A DNA stretch of 48,529 nucleotides from contig JAZAHK010000023.1 of the NCBI GenBank assembly GCA_036231405.1, positions 1 to 48,529 on the forward strand, in the 5' to 3' direction. Position 1 is the first letter of the stretch. Every line of letters starts with the position of its first letter. Shown piece by piece: positions 9,408-18,461 of this stretch. The position numbers and the translations under genes were made by a program. This DNA comes from Nitrospinota bacterium (GTDB lineage Bacteria > UBA8248). The notes under the pieces were generated by a model, which was not told the DNA's origin, made no database searches, and worked only from the letters and a program-made list of their open reading frames with translations.

Positions 9408-11267
9408 ATGTCAGAATCGTCTCCAAGCAGTCGTTCTAGCAAGGAGTTAGTAGAACTAGAAACTGTTGCTATCCGTTTCGCAGGTGACTCCGGAGACGGT
9501 ATGCAGTTAACTGGAGATCGGTTCACAAATTCTGTTGCAATCGCCGGAAACGATCTAAGTACATTCCCCGATTTTCCCGCTGAAATTAGAGCTCCTGCTG
9601 GGACCTTGGCAGGTGTTAGTGGATTCCAAGTAAATTTTAGTAGTAAAGAGATTCATACTCCTGGGGATTCGGTAGATGTGCTTGTTGCTATGAATCCAGC
9701 TGCTTTGAAAGCAAATCTTCATGATTTGAAAAAAGGCGGTGTTATCATTGCTAATGTCGATAATTTCAATGAAAAAGATCTAGAAAAAGCGGAGTATGAT
9801 TCGAATCCTCTTGAGGACGATTCCTTGAAATCTGCATATCAACTTCACGAAGTTAAAATTACATCAATGACTCGTAAGGCCTTAGAAGACGTAGAAATAC
9901 AGTCGAATCTTTCGGATAGATGCAAGAACTTTTTCGCGCTTGGCCTTATGTTTTGGATGTATTCTCGTCCCATAGAACCTACGAAGGAATGGATTAAAGA
10001 AAAATTCGCAAAGAATGAAGAGTTTATTGTCGCAAACACTAGAGCTCTAGAAGCGGGATATTATTTCGGGGAAAATGCTGAAATTTTTGCTTCAAATTAT
10101 ATTGTGCGTGAAGCGACTTATCCTGCTGGTACATATAGAAATATTTCTGGGAATGTCGCATTGGCATATGGTTTTATTGCCGCAACACAAAAAATTGGAT
10201 TGAAATTGTTTTGGGGTGCTTATCCTATTACTCCAGCAAGTGATGTCTTACACGAACTTTCTAGACATAAAAACTTTGGTGTTTACACATTTCAGGCAGA
10301 GGACGAAATTGCAGCCGTTTCAGCCGCATTAGGTGCATCTTTTGCTGGCTCACTTGGTGTAACTTGCTCCAGTGGGCCGGGTATTGCTTTGAAAGGTGAG
10401 GGAATGGGTCTTGCGGTAATGACTGAATTACCACTTGTAGTTGTAAATATTCAAAGAGGAGGTCCAAGCACTGGTCTGCCTACCAAAACTGAGCAAGCTG
10501 ATCTTCTTCAAGTTATGTTTGGAAGAAATAGTGAGAGTCCTGTCCCTATAGTTGCTGCTAAAACTCCTTCTGACTGTTTCTGGGCCGCAATAGAAGCTTG
10601 TAGAATTGCTGTAAAGTATATGACCCCTGTTGTTCTTTTAAGCGATGGTTATTTGGGAAATGGTTCTGAACCATGGCGGTTACCAAAATCTGAAGAACTT
10701 CCCTCTCTTGATCTAAAAAAAGAATTGAGTCCATCCGATTCGTTCATGGCGTATGAAAGGGATCCAGATTTATTGAGTAGACCTTGGGCAGTTCCTGGAA
10801 AAGCTGGGTATGAACATAGGATTGGCGGTATAGAAAAACAAGATGGAACTGGAAACATTAGTTATGATCCTGACAACCATGACATGATGTGCAGGATTCG
10901 GGCAGCCAAAGTTGCGGGTATTGCAAATGACATTCCTCTTGCAGAAGTTTTTGGCGAGGATTCTGGAGATGTCCTAGTGTTGGGTTGGGGAGGCACATAT
11001 GGTTCAATTTTTGCTGCCGTAGAAATTTTACAGGCAAGGGGTGCCTCAGTTTCTCATGTGCATCTTACTCATTTGAACCCATTTCCAAAAAATTTAGGTG
11101 AAATTTTAAAAAATTTCAAAAAAGTTCTTGTTCCTGAGATTAATCTAGGCCAATTATCTAAAATGATTCGTTACGAATTTCTCGTAGAAACTACTGGGCT
11201 GAACCTTGTTAGGGGAAAACCTTTTAAAATTTCGGAATTAATTTCAAAGATAGAGGAGTTGCTCTAG
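9408..11267 (+). CDS. korA: 2-oxoacid:ferredoxin oxidoreductase alpha subunit (gamma-alpha fusion)
   Basis: IRFAGDSGDGMQLTG, PAEIRAP, YPITP, QAEDEIAA, SGPG, QRGGPSTGLPTK. Confidence 0.95.
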   Translation: MSESSPSSRSSKELVELETVAIRFAGDSGDGMQLTGDRFTNSVAIAGNDLSTFPDFPAEIRAPAGTLAGVSGFQVNFSSKEIHTPGDSVDVLVAMNPAALKANLHDLKKGGVIIANVDNFNEKDLEKAEYDSNPLEDDSLKSAYQLHEVKITSMTRKALEDVEIQSNLSDRCKNFFALGLMFWMYSRPIEPTKEWIKEKFAKNEEFIVANTRALEAGYYFGENAEIFASNYIVREATYPAGTYRNISGNVALAYGFIAATQKIGLKLFWGAYPITPASDVLHELSRHKNFGVYTFQAEDEIAAVSAALGASFAGSLGVTCSSGPGIALKGEGMGLAVMTELPLVVVNIQRGGPSTGLPTKTEQADLLQVMFGRNSESPVPIVAAKTPSDCFWAAIEACRIAVKYMTPVVLLSDGYLGNGSEPWRLPKSEELPSLDLKKELSPSDSFMAYERDPDLLSRPWAVPGKAGYEHRIGGIEKQDGTGNISYDPDNHDMMCRIRAAKVAGIANDIPLAEVFGEDSGDVLVLGWGGTYGSIFAAVEILQARGASVSHVHLTHLNPFPKNLGEILKNFKKVLVPEINLGQLSKMIRYEFLVETTGLNLVRGKPFKISELISKIEELL

Positions 11268-11268
11268 A

Positions 11269-12285
11269 TTGGAAGCAAAAGTTGAAATAAAGGAATTAGG
11301 TTTAACACGGAAAGATTTTCAGTCTAATCAAGTGGTTAGATGGTGCCCTGGTTGTGGAGATTATGCGATTTTGGCGCAGATGCAGAAACTTTTACCTGAA
11401 TTGAATATCCTCAGGGAAAATTTCGTTTTTGTAGGTGGAATAGGTTGTGCTGCAAGATTCCCTTATTACATGAACACTTATGGTTTCCATACAATTCATG
11501 GTCGCGCACCTTCATTTGCTACCGGTATGAAAGTTACTCAGCCAGATTTGTCTGTATGGGTTATTTCTGGAGACGGTGATGCTCTAAGTATAGGAGGAAA
11601 TCATCTGATTCACACTATGCGGAGGAATGTCGGTGTGAAAATTCTACTTTTTAATAATCGTATTTATGGATTAACTAAAGGACAATATTCTCCTACTTCT
11701 CTAGTGGGTTCTAGGACAAAGTCTACACCTGTCGGCTCGGTAGATTCTCCTTTACATCCCCTTACTTTAGCACTTGGCGCAGAATGTACTTTTATTGCAA
11801 GAACAGTAGATAGAGATCAAAAACATATGGGCTCTGTCTTGAAGGCTGCTGCAGAACATGAAGGTACTGCATTTGTAGAAATTTTACAAAATTGTATCGT
11901 TTTCAATGATGGTGCATGGAGTCAATATACTGAAAAAGGTGTTAAGGAAGAAAATGTTGTTTATTTGGAAGATGGTCAACCTCTTCTTTATGGCTCAAAA
12001 GAGGATAGAAAAGGTGTGGCCTTTGATGGTTATAACTGTGTGGCGGTTTCTTCAGATTCTGAAGATGTGATAGTGCACGATCAGAAGGAAGAAACAGGCG
12101 CATATGCATATATGCTTAGTAGAATGGAGACTGAAGGTGGGCCTGTTCCGCTTGGAATATTTAGGCAGATTAATAGAACTGTTTTTGAGCAAGAGGTTCA
12201 ATCCCAAGTAAAAGATGCAGAATCTAAGAAAGATCCCGATATAGACATTCTTCTAAAGAGTGGGGATGTCTGGGAACATAAGTAG
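11269..12285 (+). CDS. korB: 2-oxoacid:ferredoxin oxidoreductase beta subunit
   Basis: WCPGCGD, GIGC, HGRA, TPP motif GDGD...NN, YGLTKGQYSPT; TTG start after GAGGAG. Confidence 0.95.
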   Translation: MEAKVEIKELGLTRKDFQSNQVVRWCPGCGDYAILAQMQKLLPELNILRENFVFVGGIGCAARFPYYMNTYGFHTIHGRAPSFATGMKVTQPDLSVWVISGDGDALSIGGNHLIHTMRRNVGVKILLFNNRIYGLTKGQYSPTSLVGSRTKSTPVGSVDSPLHPLTLALGAECTFIARTVDRDQKHMGSVLKAAAEHEGTAFVEILQNCIVFNDGAWSQYTEKGVKEENVVYLEDGQPLLYGSKEDRKGVAFDGYNCVAVSSDSEDVIVHDQKEETGAYAYMLSRMETEGGPVPLGIFRQINRTVFEQEVQSQVKDAESKKDPDIDILLKSGDVWEHK

Positions 12286-12300
12286 ACGTATCCCATCATT

Positions 12301-13182
12301 TTGAAATCAAATCCACAATCACGTTCCTATACATTATTCATAGTGCATGCACATCCAGATGATGAATGTAGTTCCACGGGTGGACTTATCATGAAGTGTG
12401 TAGAAGATGGGCACCAAATTGTTCTTGTTACTTGTACAAACGGAGAAATGGGAGAGGTTAAGGATAAGAGTATCGAGTTAGAGATCAAAAACTCTACATC
12501 CCCACACGATAGATTGGGAGAAGTTCGAATCTCCGAATTGAAGAAAGCTTCAAAAATCCTAGGGATACAGAGACTGTACACACTTGGGTATAAAGATTCA
12601 GGGATGGATGGTTGGGAGAGCAACCAAGGAGGTGATGCATTCATGAATGTGGATCTTCAGGAAGTCTCGATTAAGATTGCTCGACTTATTAGGAAACATC
12701 AGCCTGATGTGATTATTACTTATAACGAAAGAGGTGGGTATGGACACCCAGATCACATTATGGTGAATAAAGTTACTACGAAGGCAATTAAATTATCTGA
12801 AGATTCTTCAATTACTATTGACAATCTAGAATCATGGGAAGTGAAGAAAATATATTATACTGCATGGGCAAGATCAAAAATGATTAAAACATGGAAATGG
12901 ATGAAATTTTTTGGAGTGAAAACTCCCTTAGACGATCCGGATTTCAGGGAAGAAAAATATGGGGTGCCTGATCATGAAATTACGACACATATAGATATAA
13001 AATCTTTTTTGAGAAGGAAATGGAAAGCTTTAGTGCAGCACAAGAGTCAAATAGTTGGAAATTTTTTTTGGTGGTTCGTACGCTTGACAGGTAGATGGTT
13101 ATACGGAGAAGAGACTTTTGTCTGTGTTAAGGGCAATTCTACGATGGAGAAAAAAGAAACTTCAATTTTTGAAGGGCTTTAA
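12301..13182 (+). CDS. PIG-L/LmbE family deacetylase (Mca/MshB-like)
   Basis: HAHPDDE, TCTNGEMG, LGYKDSGM, GGYGHPDH and K..AL..HKSQ motifs. Confidence 0.9.
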   Translation: MKSNPQSRSYTLFIVHAHPDDECSSTGGLIMKCVEDGHQIVLVTCTNGEMGEVKDKSIELEIKNSTSPHDRLGEVRISELKKASKILGIQRLYTLGYKDSGMDGWESNQGGDAFMNVDLQEVSIKIARLIRKHQPDVIITYNERGGYGHPDHIMVNKVTTKAIKLSEDSSITIDNLESWEVKKIYYTAWARSKMIKTWKWMKFFGVKTPLDDPDFREEKYGVPDHEITTHIDIKSFLRRKWKALVQHKSQIVGNFFWWFVRLTGRWLYGEETFVCVKGNSTMEKKETSIFEGL

Positions 13183-13574
13183 TTTTTTTTTGCAATTTTC
13201 TCACTGATTTCTATTATAAATCCATCGGGGTCCTCTATCATAAAAATTCTATATCCCCATGAAACATCTTTTGGGGGAAAAAGGATTTTTACATTTGTTT
13301 TTGCAATTTTTTTATATGCATTTTCAAAATTTTCAGGGACGAGAGTGATAATAATTCCTGCTCCTCTTTCATTAATCATAGGTTTTAAATTCCATTTTTC
13401 CATTTCTTCATCTTTGATAGGGGCATGAATCACAAGGTTATTTTCTCCTATCTTGTATTCTATGAAATCCTTTTCTTTTTTCTTTTCCTCGAGTTCTAAG
13501 TGATTTGTGTAGAAATTCCTAGAGTTTTCTAAATTTTTAGTAATTAAAAATATATTTGAAATAGATTTAAACAA
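13179..13574 (-). CDS. VOC/glyoxalase family protein
   Basis: NLENSRNFY...L and WGYRIFMIEDPDGFIIEI. Confidence 0.85.
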   Translation of the reverse strand: MFKSISNIFLITKNLENSRNFYTNHLELEEKKKEKDFIEYKIGENNLVIHAPIKDEEMEKWNLKPMINERGAGIIITLVPENFENAYKKIAKTNVKILFPPKDVSWGYRIFMIEDPDGFIIEISEKIAKKN

Positions 13575-13667
13575 TGGGTGTCCTTTTTAAAATTATTTAT
13601 CTCGTATATAAACGAACTTCTACTTTACTATAAAAGTGAAGTTTTTTTTACATGTGAGGAGTTAACA

Positions 13668-14558
13668 ATGTCTAAAACCATAGGTGTGATCGGTCTCGGT
13701 CTCATGGGTTCGGCCATGAGTAAAAAATTAATCGAAGCACAGTTTACAGTTCAAGGTTATGACATTGACCGTGAGAGGGTAGTTGAACTAGTGAGTAATG
13801 GCGGAAAAAGTGTTGCCTCTCCTAAGGAGGCTGCAGTTGGTGCTGATTTTATCATTACTTCTTTACTCTATAGTGAAGTCGTTCGAGAAGTTTGCCTTGG
13901 GAAAGATGGGATTTGTGAATCCGGAAACGAAGGATTAATAGTCATTGATACTTCTACGTCGAGACCAGAAGATTCTATGCAAACCGGTTCTGATATGCGA
14001 AAAGCTGGGTATGAATTTCTTGATGCTAGTTTAAGCGGAGGGAGTCCTGACGTACTTAAAAGAAATATGGTTGCGATGGTTGGTGGGGATGATGAGGCAT
14101 TTTCTAAAGCGAGAGAAGTCCTAGAAGTTTTCAGTCGATCTATTTATCACCTTGGCCCAAACGGTGCTGGGGCAAGGACTAAATTAATAGTAAATCAAGT
14201 TCTTGGATTAAATAGACTGGTTCTTGCCGAAGGATTAGTTATGGGGATGAAGGCGGAAATGAATATGGAAAGATTATTAGAAGATTTAAAAGATAGTGCG
14301 GCATATAGTAAGGCGATGGATACTCGAGGAAGAATTATGATTCAGGCCGATTATGACAAACCTCTCTCCAGAATCAAACAACACCACAAAGATGTCCGCC
14401 TTATTTTGGAACAAGGACAAAAACTTGCTTCTCCTACAATGCTAAGTCAAGTGCATCAACAGATTCTACAGGCTGCTGAGCAAAGTGGTTTAGGAGAATC
14501 GGACACGGGAGCAATCATTGAAGTGTTTCGAAAATTAGCAGGGATACCAAGTACATAG
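13668..14558 (+). CDS. NAD(P)-dependent beta-hydroxyacid dehydrogenase (3-hydroxyisobutyrate dehydrogenase family)
   Basis: IGVIGLGLMG, DTST, FLDASLSGG, catalytic KLIVN, KD..L; ATG at 13668 follows GAGGAG (the ORF-track start at 13578 is over-extended). Confidence 0.9.
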   Translation: MSKTIGVIGLGLMGSAMSKKLIEAQFTVQGYDIDRERVVELVSNGGKSVASPKEAAVGADFIITSLLYSEVVREVCLGKDGICESGNEGLIVIDTSTSRPEDSMQTGSDMRKAGYEFLDASLSGGSPDVLKRNMVAMVGGDDEAFSKAREVLEVFSRSIYHLGPNGAGARTKLIVNQVLGLNRLVLAEGLVMGMKAEMNMERLLEDLKDSAAYSKAMDTRGRIMIQADYDKPLSRIKQHHKDVRLILEQGQKLASPTMLSQVHQQILQAAEQSGLGESDTGAIIEVFRKLAGIPST

Positions 14559-14586
14559 TTGGATAAAAGGTAGGATTTGTTCTCAG

Positions 14587-16869
14587 CTATATTTTTTCGA
14601 GTTCTATTCTATAACTGTTAAACGTTGCATTTTCGTATTCGGAAAGGATGTCCCCGGTCAGTTTGTTAGCCATGCCCATTTCTTCATCTCCACCCGCAGG
14701 AATATGGACAACTCCCTGTCGAATTGACTCTGTAGTTCTAGCAACGAATTGAGTTTCGCCAAAATCGTTGAACAAACGGATCGAATCGCCATTCCTAATT
14801 TCACGTTCTTTTGCATCTTCTATGTTTACTGTCGCAACGTTGAAGTGATGTCTAAGAAGTTTTTTGGCATTGTTGAATGTGGAACTTGCCCGGAAATATG
14901 TTTTCGGGGTTATCAGTTTGAGTGGATATTTCATTTGTTCAGGCTGCATAATCTCTTGTGGTGGAGTATGCTCTGGAACAGGATGTTTTTTGTCTTCAAA
15001 ATAAATTTGGGCACGTCCATGTTTGGTTTTCAAGTCCCAAGAAACTTTTCCTTCTGGAATATCTAAGCTAATTACGCCTTTTTTTTCTAGATCTTCTATA
15101 TTTAGGTTCTTAAACCACGGGAAGCGGGAATCTTTGTTAGCAAGAGTGATTAAATTTTCTATCCATTGTTTAGAACTAGTCCAAGGGAAAAACTCTTTGA
15201 ATCCCATTTTTTCCGCAAGCCGGCAGATAAAATCGAAATCATCCATCGCTTCTCCTAGAGGATTAAGTACCCCAGGCGAGTAGAAAATCTGATGTTTTGG
15301 TTTTCTTTCTTCGATGAGATGGTAAAAAGTAGAACCGACTTCCATTCCTTCTGAAATAGTGCAACGTTCGAGCCAAGTAGTTGCAGGAAGTATTATGTCT
15401 GAGCATTTTGCTGTTGGAGTGAGGAAGATATCCGAAACAACACAGAAATCCAGAGAAAGTAATGCTTTTTTCGTTTTATTTGTATTCCCTCCCTGTCCTA
15501 CAGGATTTCCCCACATAAATAGTCCTGCATGAATTGGTCCGCCATAAGTTTCAGGTTTTAAGATTGCTTCAGCAATTTTTCCAATTGGCACGGTTCTTTT
15601 CACAGGATTGGGAATAGACCAGTTTTCCGCCATTACTCTTGATAGTCCTGTTTCTGTTGCTCTTTCAGGCTGGTAATCGTGCGTTGTCGATCCATGGTTT
15701 AGAACCCCTTCGATTCCTCCGGAAATAAGATTCAAAATGTGTAACGCTCTAACTGCATTTTCTCCTTTGAACGTTCTTTGATATGCACCGTAGTAGACTA
15801 TAATTTTCCCGTTTGTTAGTGCAGAGGCGATGTCCTTGATACTGCTAGAAGGAATGCCACATTCTTTTTCTACTGCTTCTTCTGTCCATTTTTCAGAGGA
15901 TTTTTGCAGGAGTTTGAAAGCGGTGGAGCATTTTTCTTCATTGATTGTTTTATGTGCATACAAATCAGGGTTTTTGGACCTTTCGTAATGAACTGCCTTT
16001 TTTAAATTTGTATCCCATACTAGAGGTCCACCATTATTGTCAGTAATGAATTTTCCATCCGATTCTCTAACAAGAAAAGGGGCATTTGTTCTTTTTGTAA
16101 GAAAATTCTTGTTTAGATGATTATGTTTGAGTACAAAACGTAGTACGCCAAGAGCTAATGCGGTATCGGTTGAGGGTTCAATTGGAATGTGAATATCGGC
16201 AAATCTCTCAACTGTCTTTGTCCTCATTGGGTCTACAACTATAAATTTTGTTCCTTGACGCTTTGATTCCTGAAGAGACTGCAAGAGGCCTCTGTACCCA
16301 GTTTCAATCGGATTGTTTCCCCAAAGTATTATCCAATCACATTCGTCGCTGTTTTTATTCTTTATTTGCCACTGACCAAGTACATCGTCACTTGCACCTA
16401 GAAAAGCGCTCCAGCAAAGACTTCCCCTGTTGAAAGCTTCTATTGCTCCTCCCCATAAATTTAGAAGTCTCATGATGGTGGCAGGGGCAGCGTCTCTTCC
16501 CCCTGGAAGGGTATGTTGTGAGGAATAATTGTACATTAAAATACTATTATTCCCACCTTTGTTTTTTGCATCTTCCAATCCATTTGCAATGGATGTTATG
16601 GCTTCATCCCATGAAATTCTTTCGAAATTGTTGTATCCGTTTTTTCCACTCCCTTTTTTGCCAACTCTTTTCATGGGATATAAGACTCTATCAGGGTGAT
16701 TGTATCTATCAGGTATTTGAAAACCTTTGATACAGGGTTTTATGTCCATCCTTGGATTGGCACGGAATGAAATGATTTCTTCACCCTTGGTTTTGACTTC
16801 AAAACTACACGGATAATTCCCACAGTGCGGAGCACAAGTGGTAAATGTTGATTTTTCAAGTTTGTCCAT
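14587..16869 (-). CDS. stand-alone DMSO-reductase-superfamily molybdopterin oxidoreductase, no Tat signal
   Basis: CAPHCGNYPC...PCIKG, DRVLYPMKR, FERISWDEA, GSLC, WGNNP, VDPMRT, DIFLTPTA..SDIILPATTWLE, YPLKLIT. Confidence 0.9.
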   Translation of the reverse strand: MDKLEKSTFTTCAPHCGNYPCSFEVKTKGEEIISFRANPRMDIKPCIKGFQIPDRYNHPDRVLYPMKRVGKKGSGKNGYNNFERISWDEAITSIANGLEDAKNKGGNNSILMYNYSSQHTLPGGRDAAPATIMRLLNLWGGAIEAFNRGSLCWSAFLGASDDVLGQWQIKNKNSDECDWIILWGNNPIETGYRGLLQSLQESKRQGTKFIVVDPMRTKTVERFADIHIPIEPSTDTALALGVLRFVLKHNHLNKNFLTKRTNAPFLVRESDGKFITDNNGGPLVWDTNLKKAVHYERSKNPDLYAHKTINEEKCSTAFKLLQKSSEKWTEEAVEKECGIPSSSIKDIASALTNGKIIVYYGAYQRTFKGENAVRALHILNLISGGIEGVLNHGSTTHDYQPERATETGLSRVMAENWSIPNPVKRTVPIGKIAEAILKPETYGGPIHAGLFMWGNPVGQGGNTNKTKKALLSLDFCVVSDIFLTPTAKCSDIILPATTWLERCTISEGMEVGSTFYHLIEERKPKHQIFYSPGVLNPLGEAMDDFDFICRLAEKMGFKEFFPWTSSKQWIENLITLANKDSRFPWFKNLNIEDLEKKGVISLDIPEGKVSWDLKTKHGRAQIYFEDKKHPVPEHTPPQEIMQPEQMKYPLKLITPKTYFRASSTFNNAKKLLRHHFNVATVNIEDAKEREIRNGDSIRLFNDFGETQFVARTTESIRQGVVHIPAGGDEEMGMANKLTGDILSEYENATFNSYRIELEKI

Positions 16870-16988
16870 TTTGATTCCGTTTAATATGTGGTTTTTAATT
16901 AATACTTTACAGTATCAGTGAACCATTTTATCATGTCTTGTAGGTATTTTAAAAATTTAATTTCTAACTATGCTAACGGGAGGCACAA

Positions 16989-18170
16989 ATGGTAAAGCGT
17001 GCTAAGGCAAGTTCCAGTAACGCAAAAACATCCAGAAAATCAAATAAACCACCAACATGGGATACCATTATGCCACTTCCTTCTAATCCAGAAACAGGGG
17101 AGACGGCAAACGATTATTATATTCTAGATTGCGAAGCCCACGTTATGCCTGAAGATTATAGGCGTTTTATTCAGTATTTTGAAGGTACGAAAACTTTTGA
17201 ATTTGCACACGTGATGTGTAACCACTGGTTCTGGAAGGACCATCGAACAGGGAAACAATCGGCAATACACCCAGGGATGGATTGGCATATTGATAAGATC
17301 ATCGGAGATATGGATCGTTCAGGGGTAGATCAAATTGCACTGATGAGAGAGTCTTTTATAGATACAGCAGGAGATAGCGCACCTTTCTCAACGAATCAGC
17401 ACGTGATTGATGCCATTGAAAAATATCCTGATCGAGTAATTGGAGTATCAAACGTGGGTCCATTCTCAAAAAGGAAAGAGAAAGATATATTATGGGAATT
17501 GGAATATCTTCATGATAATTATAATTTTAAGTTTACAAAATTTTATCAACCTGAAGACTGCGCTATTAATGACAGAAGATTATGGCCCATTTATGAAATG
17601 TGTCAGGATAAGGGCATAGTCGCATTTTTTCACACTGGGATAACCATTAGGATGGGACCAACTCGTTACACTCTTCCTGTTTTGTTGGATGAAGTTGCGT
17701 CGGATTTTCCTGACCTCAAAATTGTTGCTTATCATGGCGGGTTCCCATACTGGGAGGAACTTTGTACGTTGATGTGGAAGCACCCACATATCTATGTTAG
17801 TTATTCTATTCTTTTGCCTTGGTTAATGCGGGCGCCTCATCGTTTCGCTCATATGGTTGGGACGACCTTACAAATTGCTGGAGAGAATCGATTTATTTGG
17901 GGTTCCGACTGGCCCGCATCGGATCCTTATCAATCTGTGGAAGCAATTCTCAAACTCGAAATCCCTGAAGAATTGCAAGAAAAGTGGGGATATCCTGCGC
18001 TTCCAAAAGATTTAAAGAAGAACTTTTTGGGCGGTACTTTGGCAAAACTTGCAGGAATAAACGCTAGTAGGAATTTATTGAAATTTCCTGGCGAGAATAG
18101 ACCTCCTAGGGGGAAAACCGCCGAGGGTGATAAAAGCAGAAAAATTAAGAAAAACCAAAAAAAGAAGTAA
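16989..18170 (+). CDS. amidohydrolase_2 family protein
   Basis: ILDCEAH, MDRSGVD, FHTG, FPDLKIVAYHGG, WGSDWP; GGAGG SD. Confidence 0.88.
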   Translation: MVKRAKASSSNAKTSRKSNKPPTWDTIMPLPSNPETGETANDYYILDCEAHVMPEDYRRFIQYFEGTKTFEFAHVMCNHWFWKDHRTGKQSAIHPGMDWHIDKIIGDMDRSGVDQIALMRESFIDTAGDSAPFSTNQHVIDAIEKYPDRVIGVSNVGPFSKRKEKDILWELEYLHDNYNFKFTKFYQPEDCAINDRRLWPIYEMCQDKGIVAFFHTGITIRMGPTRYTLPVLLDEVASDFPDLKIVAYHGGFPYWEELCTLMWKHPHIYVSYSILLPWLMRAPHRFAHMVGTTLQIAGENRFIWGSDWPASDPYQSVEAILKLEIPEELQEKWGYPALPKDLKKNFLGGTLAKLAGINASRNLLKFPGENRPPRGKTAEGDKSRKIKKNQKKK

Positions 18171-18177
18171 AATTATT

Positions 18178-18257
18178 GTGATACTAGTGAGCAAAGTTTC
18201 GTCCTTATGTTTTTTGCTGCTGTGGGGAAGCATTAGAAAGCGAGAAACTAGTGTCAT
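18178..18257 (+). repeat. long imperfect hairpin downstream of the amidohydrolase
   Basis: GTGATACTAGT pairs with ACTAGTGTCAT; inner TTTCGT/GCGAGA and ATGTTTTTT/GGGAAGCAT stems rich in G-U pairs. Confidence 0.5.
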
Positions 18258-18371
18258 CTTTAGAGGAAAGTAAACATCTGGTTATTTTTATTTTCCTGAA
18301 ACTCAATACCTCGAATATTAGTTATCATTATAAAACATCCCTTTGAATGTTTTTCTTTGTGACATGTAATA

Positions 18372-18455
18372 GTCTCCGGCGTGGTTGTTCAATACCGCGC
18401 GGCTACAAAGAAATAAGCTGGTAAAGGAAGAGTGGTTTCTGCCCCGATGGAGCCT
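18372..18455 (+). ncRNA. candidate structured tRNA-sized ncRNA or degenerate tRNA, family unknown
   Basis: GC-rich non-coding patch with stems GCGTGGT/ACCGCGC, GGCT/AGCT, GGTA/TGCC and closing CTCC/GGAG; TTGAAT...TGTAAT promoter-like sequence immediately upstream. Confidence 0.4.
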
Positions 18456-18461
18456 AATCTT

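Noticed and set aside
18075-18257. 60-aa minus-strand ORF with a hydrophobic stretch
   Set aside because: Overlaps the amidohydrolase 3' end, has no SD, and its hydrophobicity is the antisense of A-rich Lys codons.
18190-18275. Partial resemblance to hammerhead (GGACGAAAC on the minus strand), c-di-GMP-I (GCAAAG) and RNase P (GAGGAAAGT) motifs
   Set aside because: The other required conserved elements are missing in each case: CTGANGA, the GNRA hairpin, and GTCC plus the 3' conserved region.
18428-18454. AAGAGTGGT...CCCGATGGAGCC resembling SAM-I riboswitch P2
   Set aside because: No ATC/GAT P1, no GCAACC or GTGC elements, and no downstream gene on this strand.
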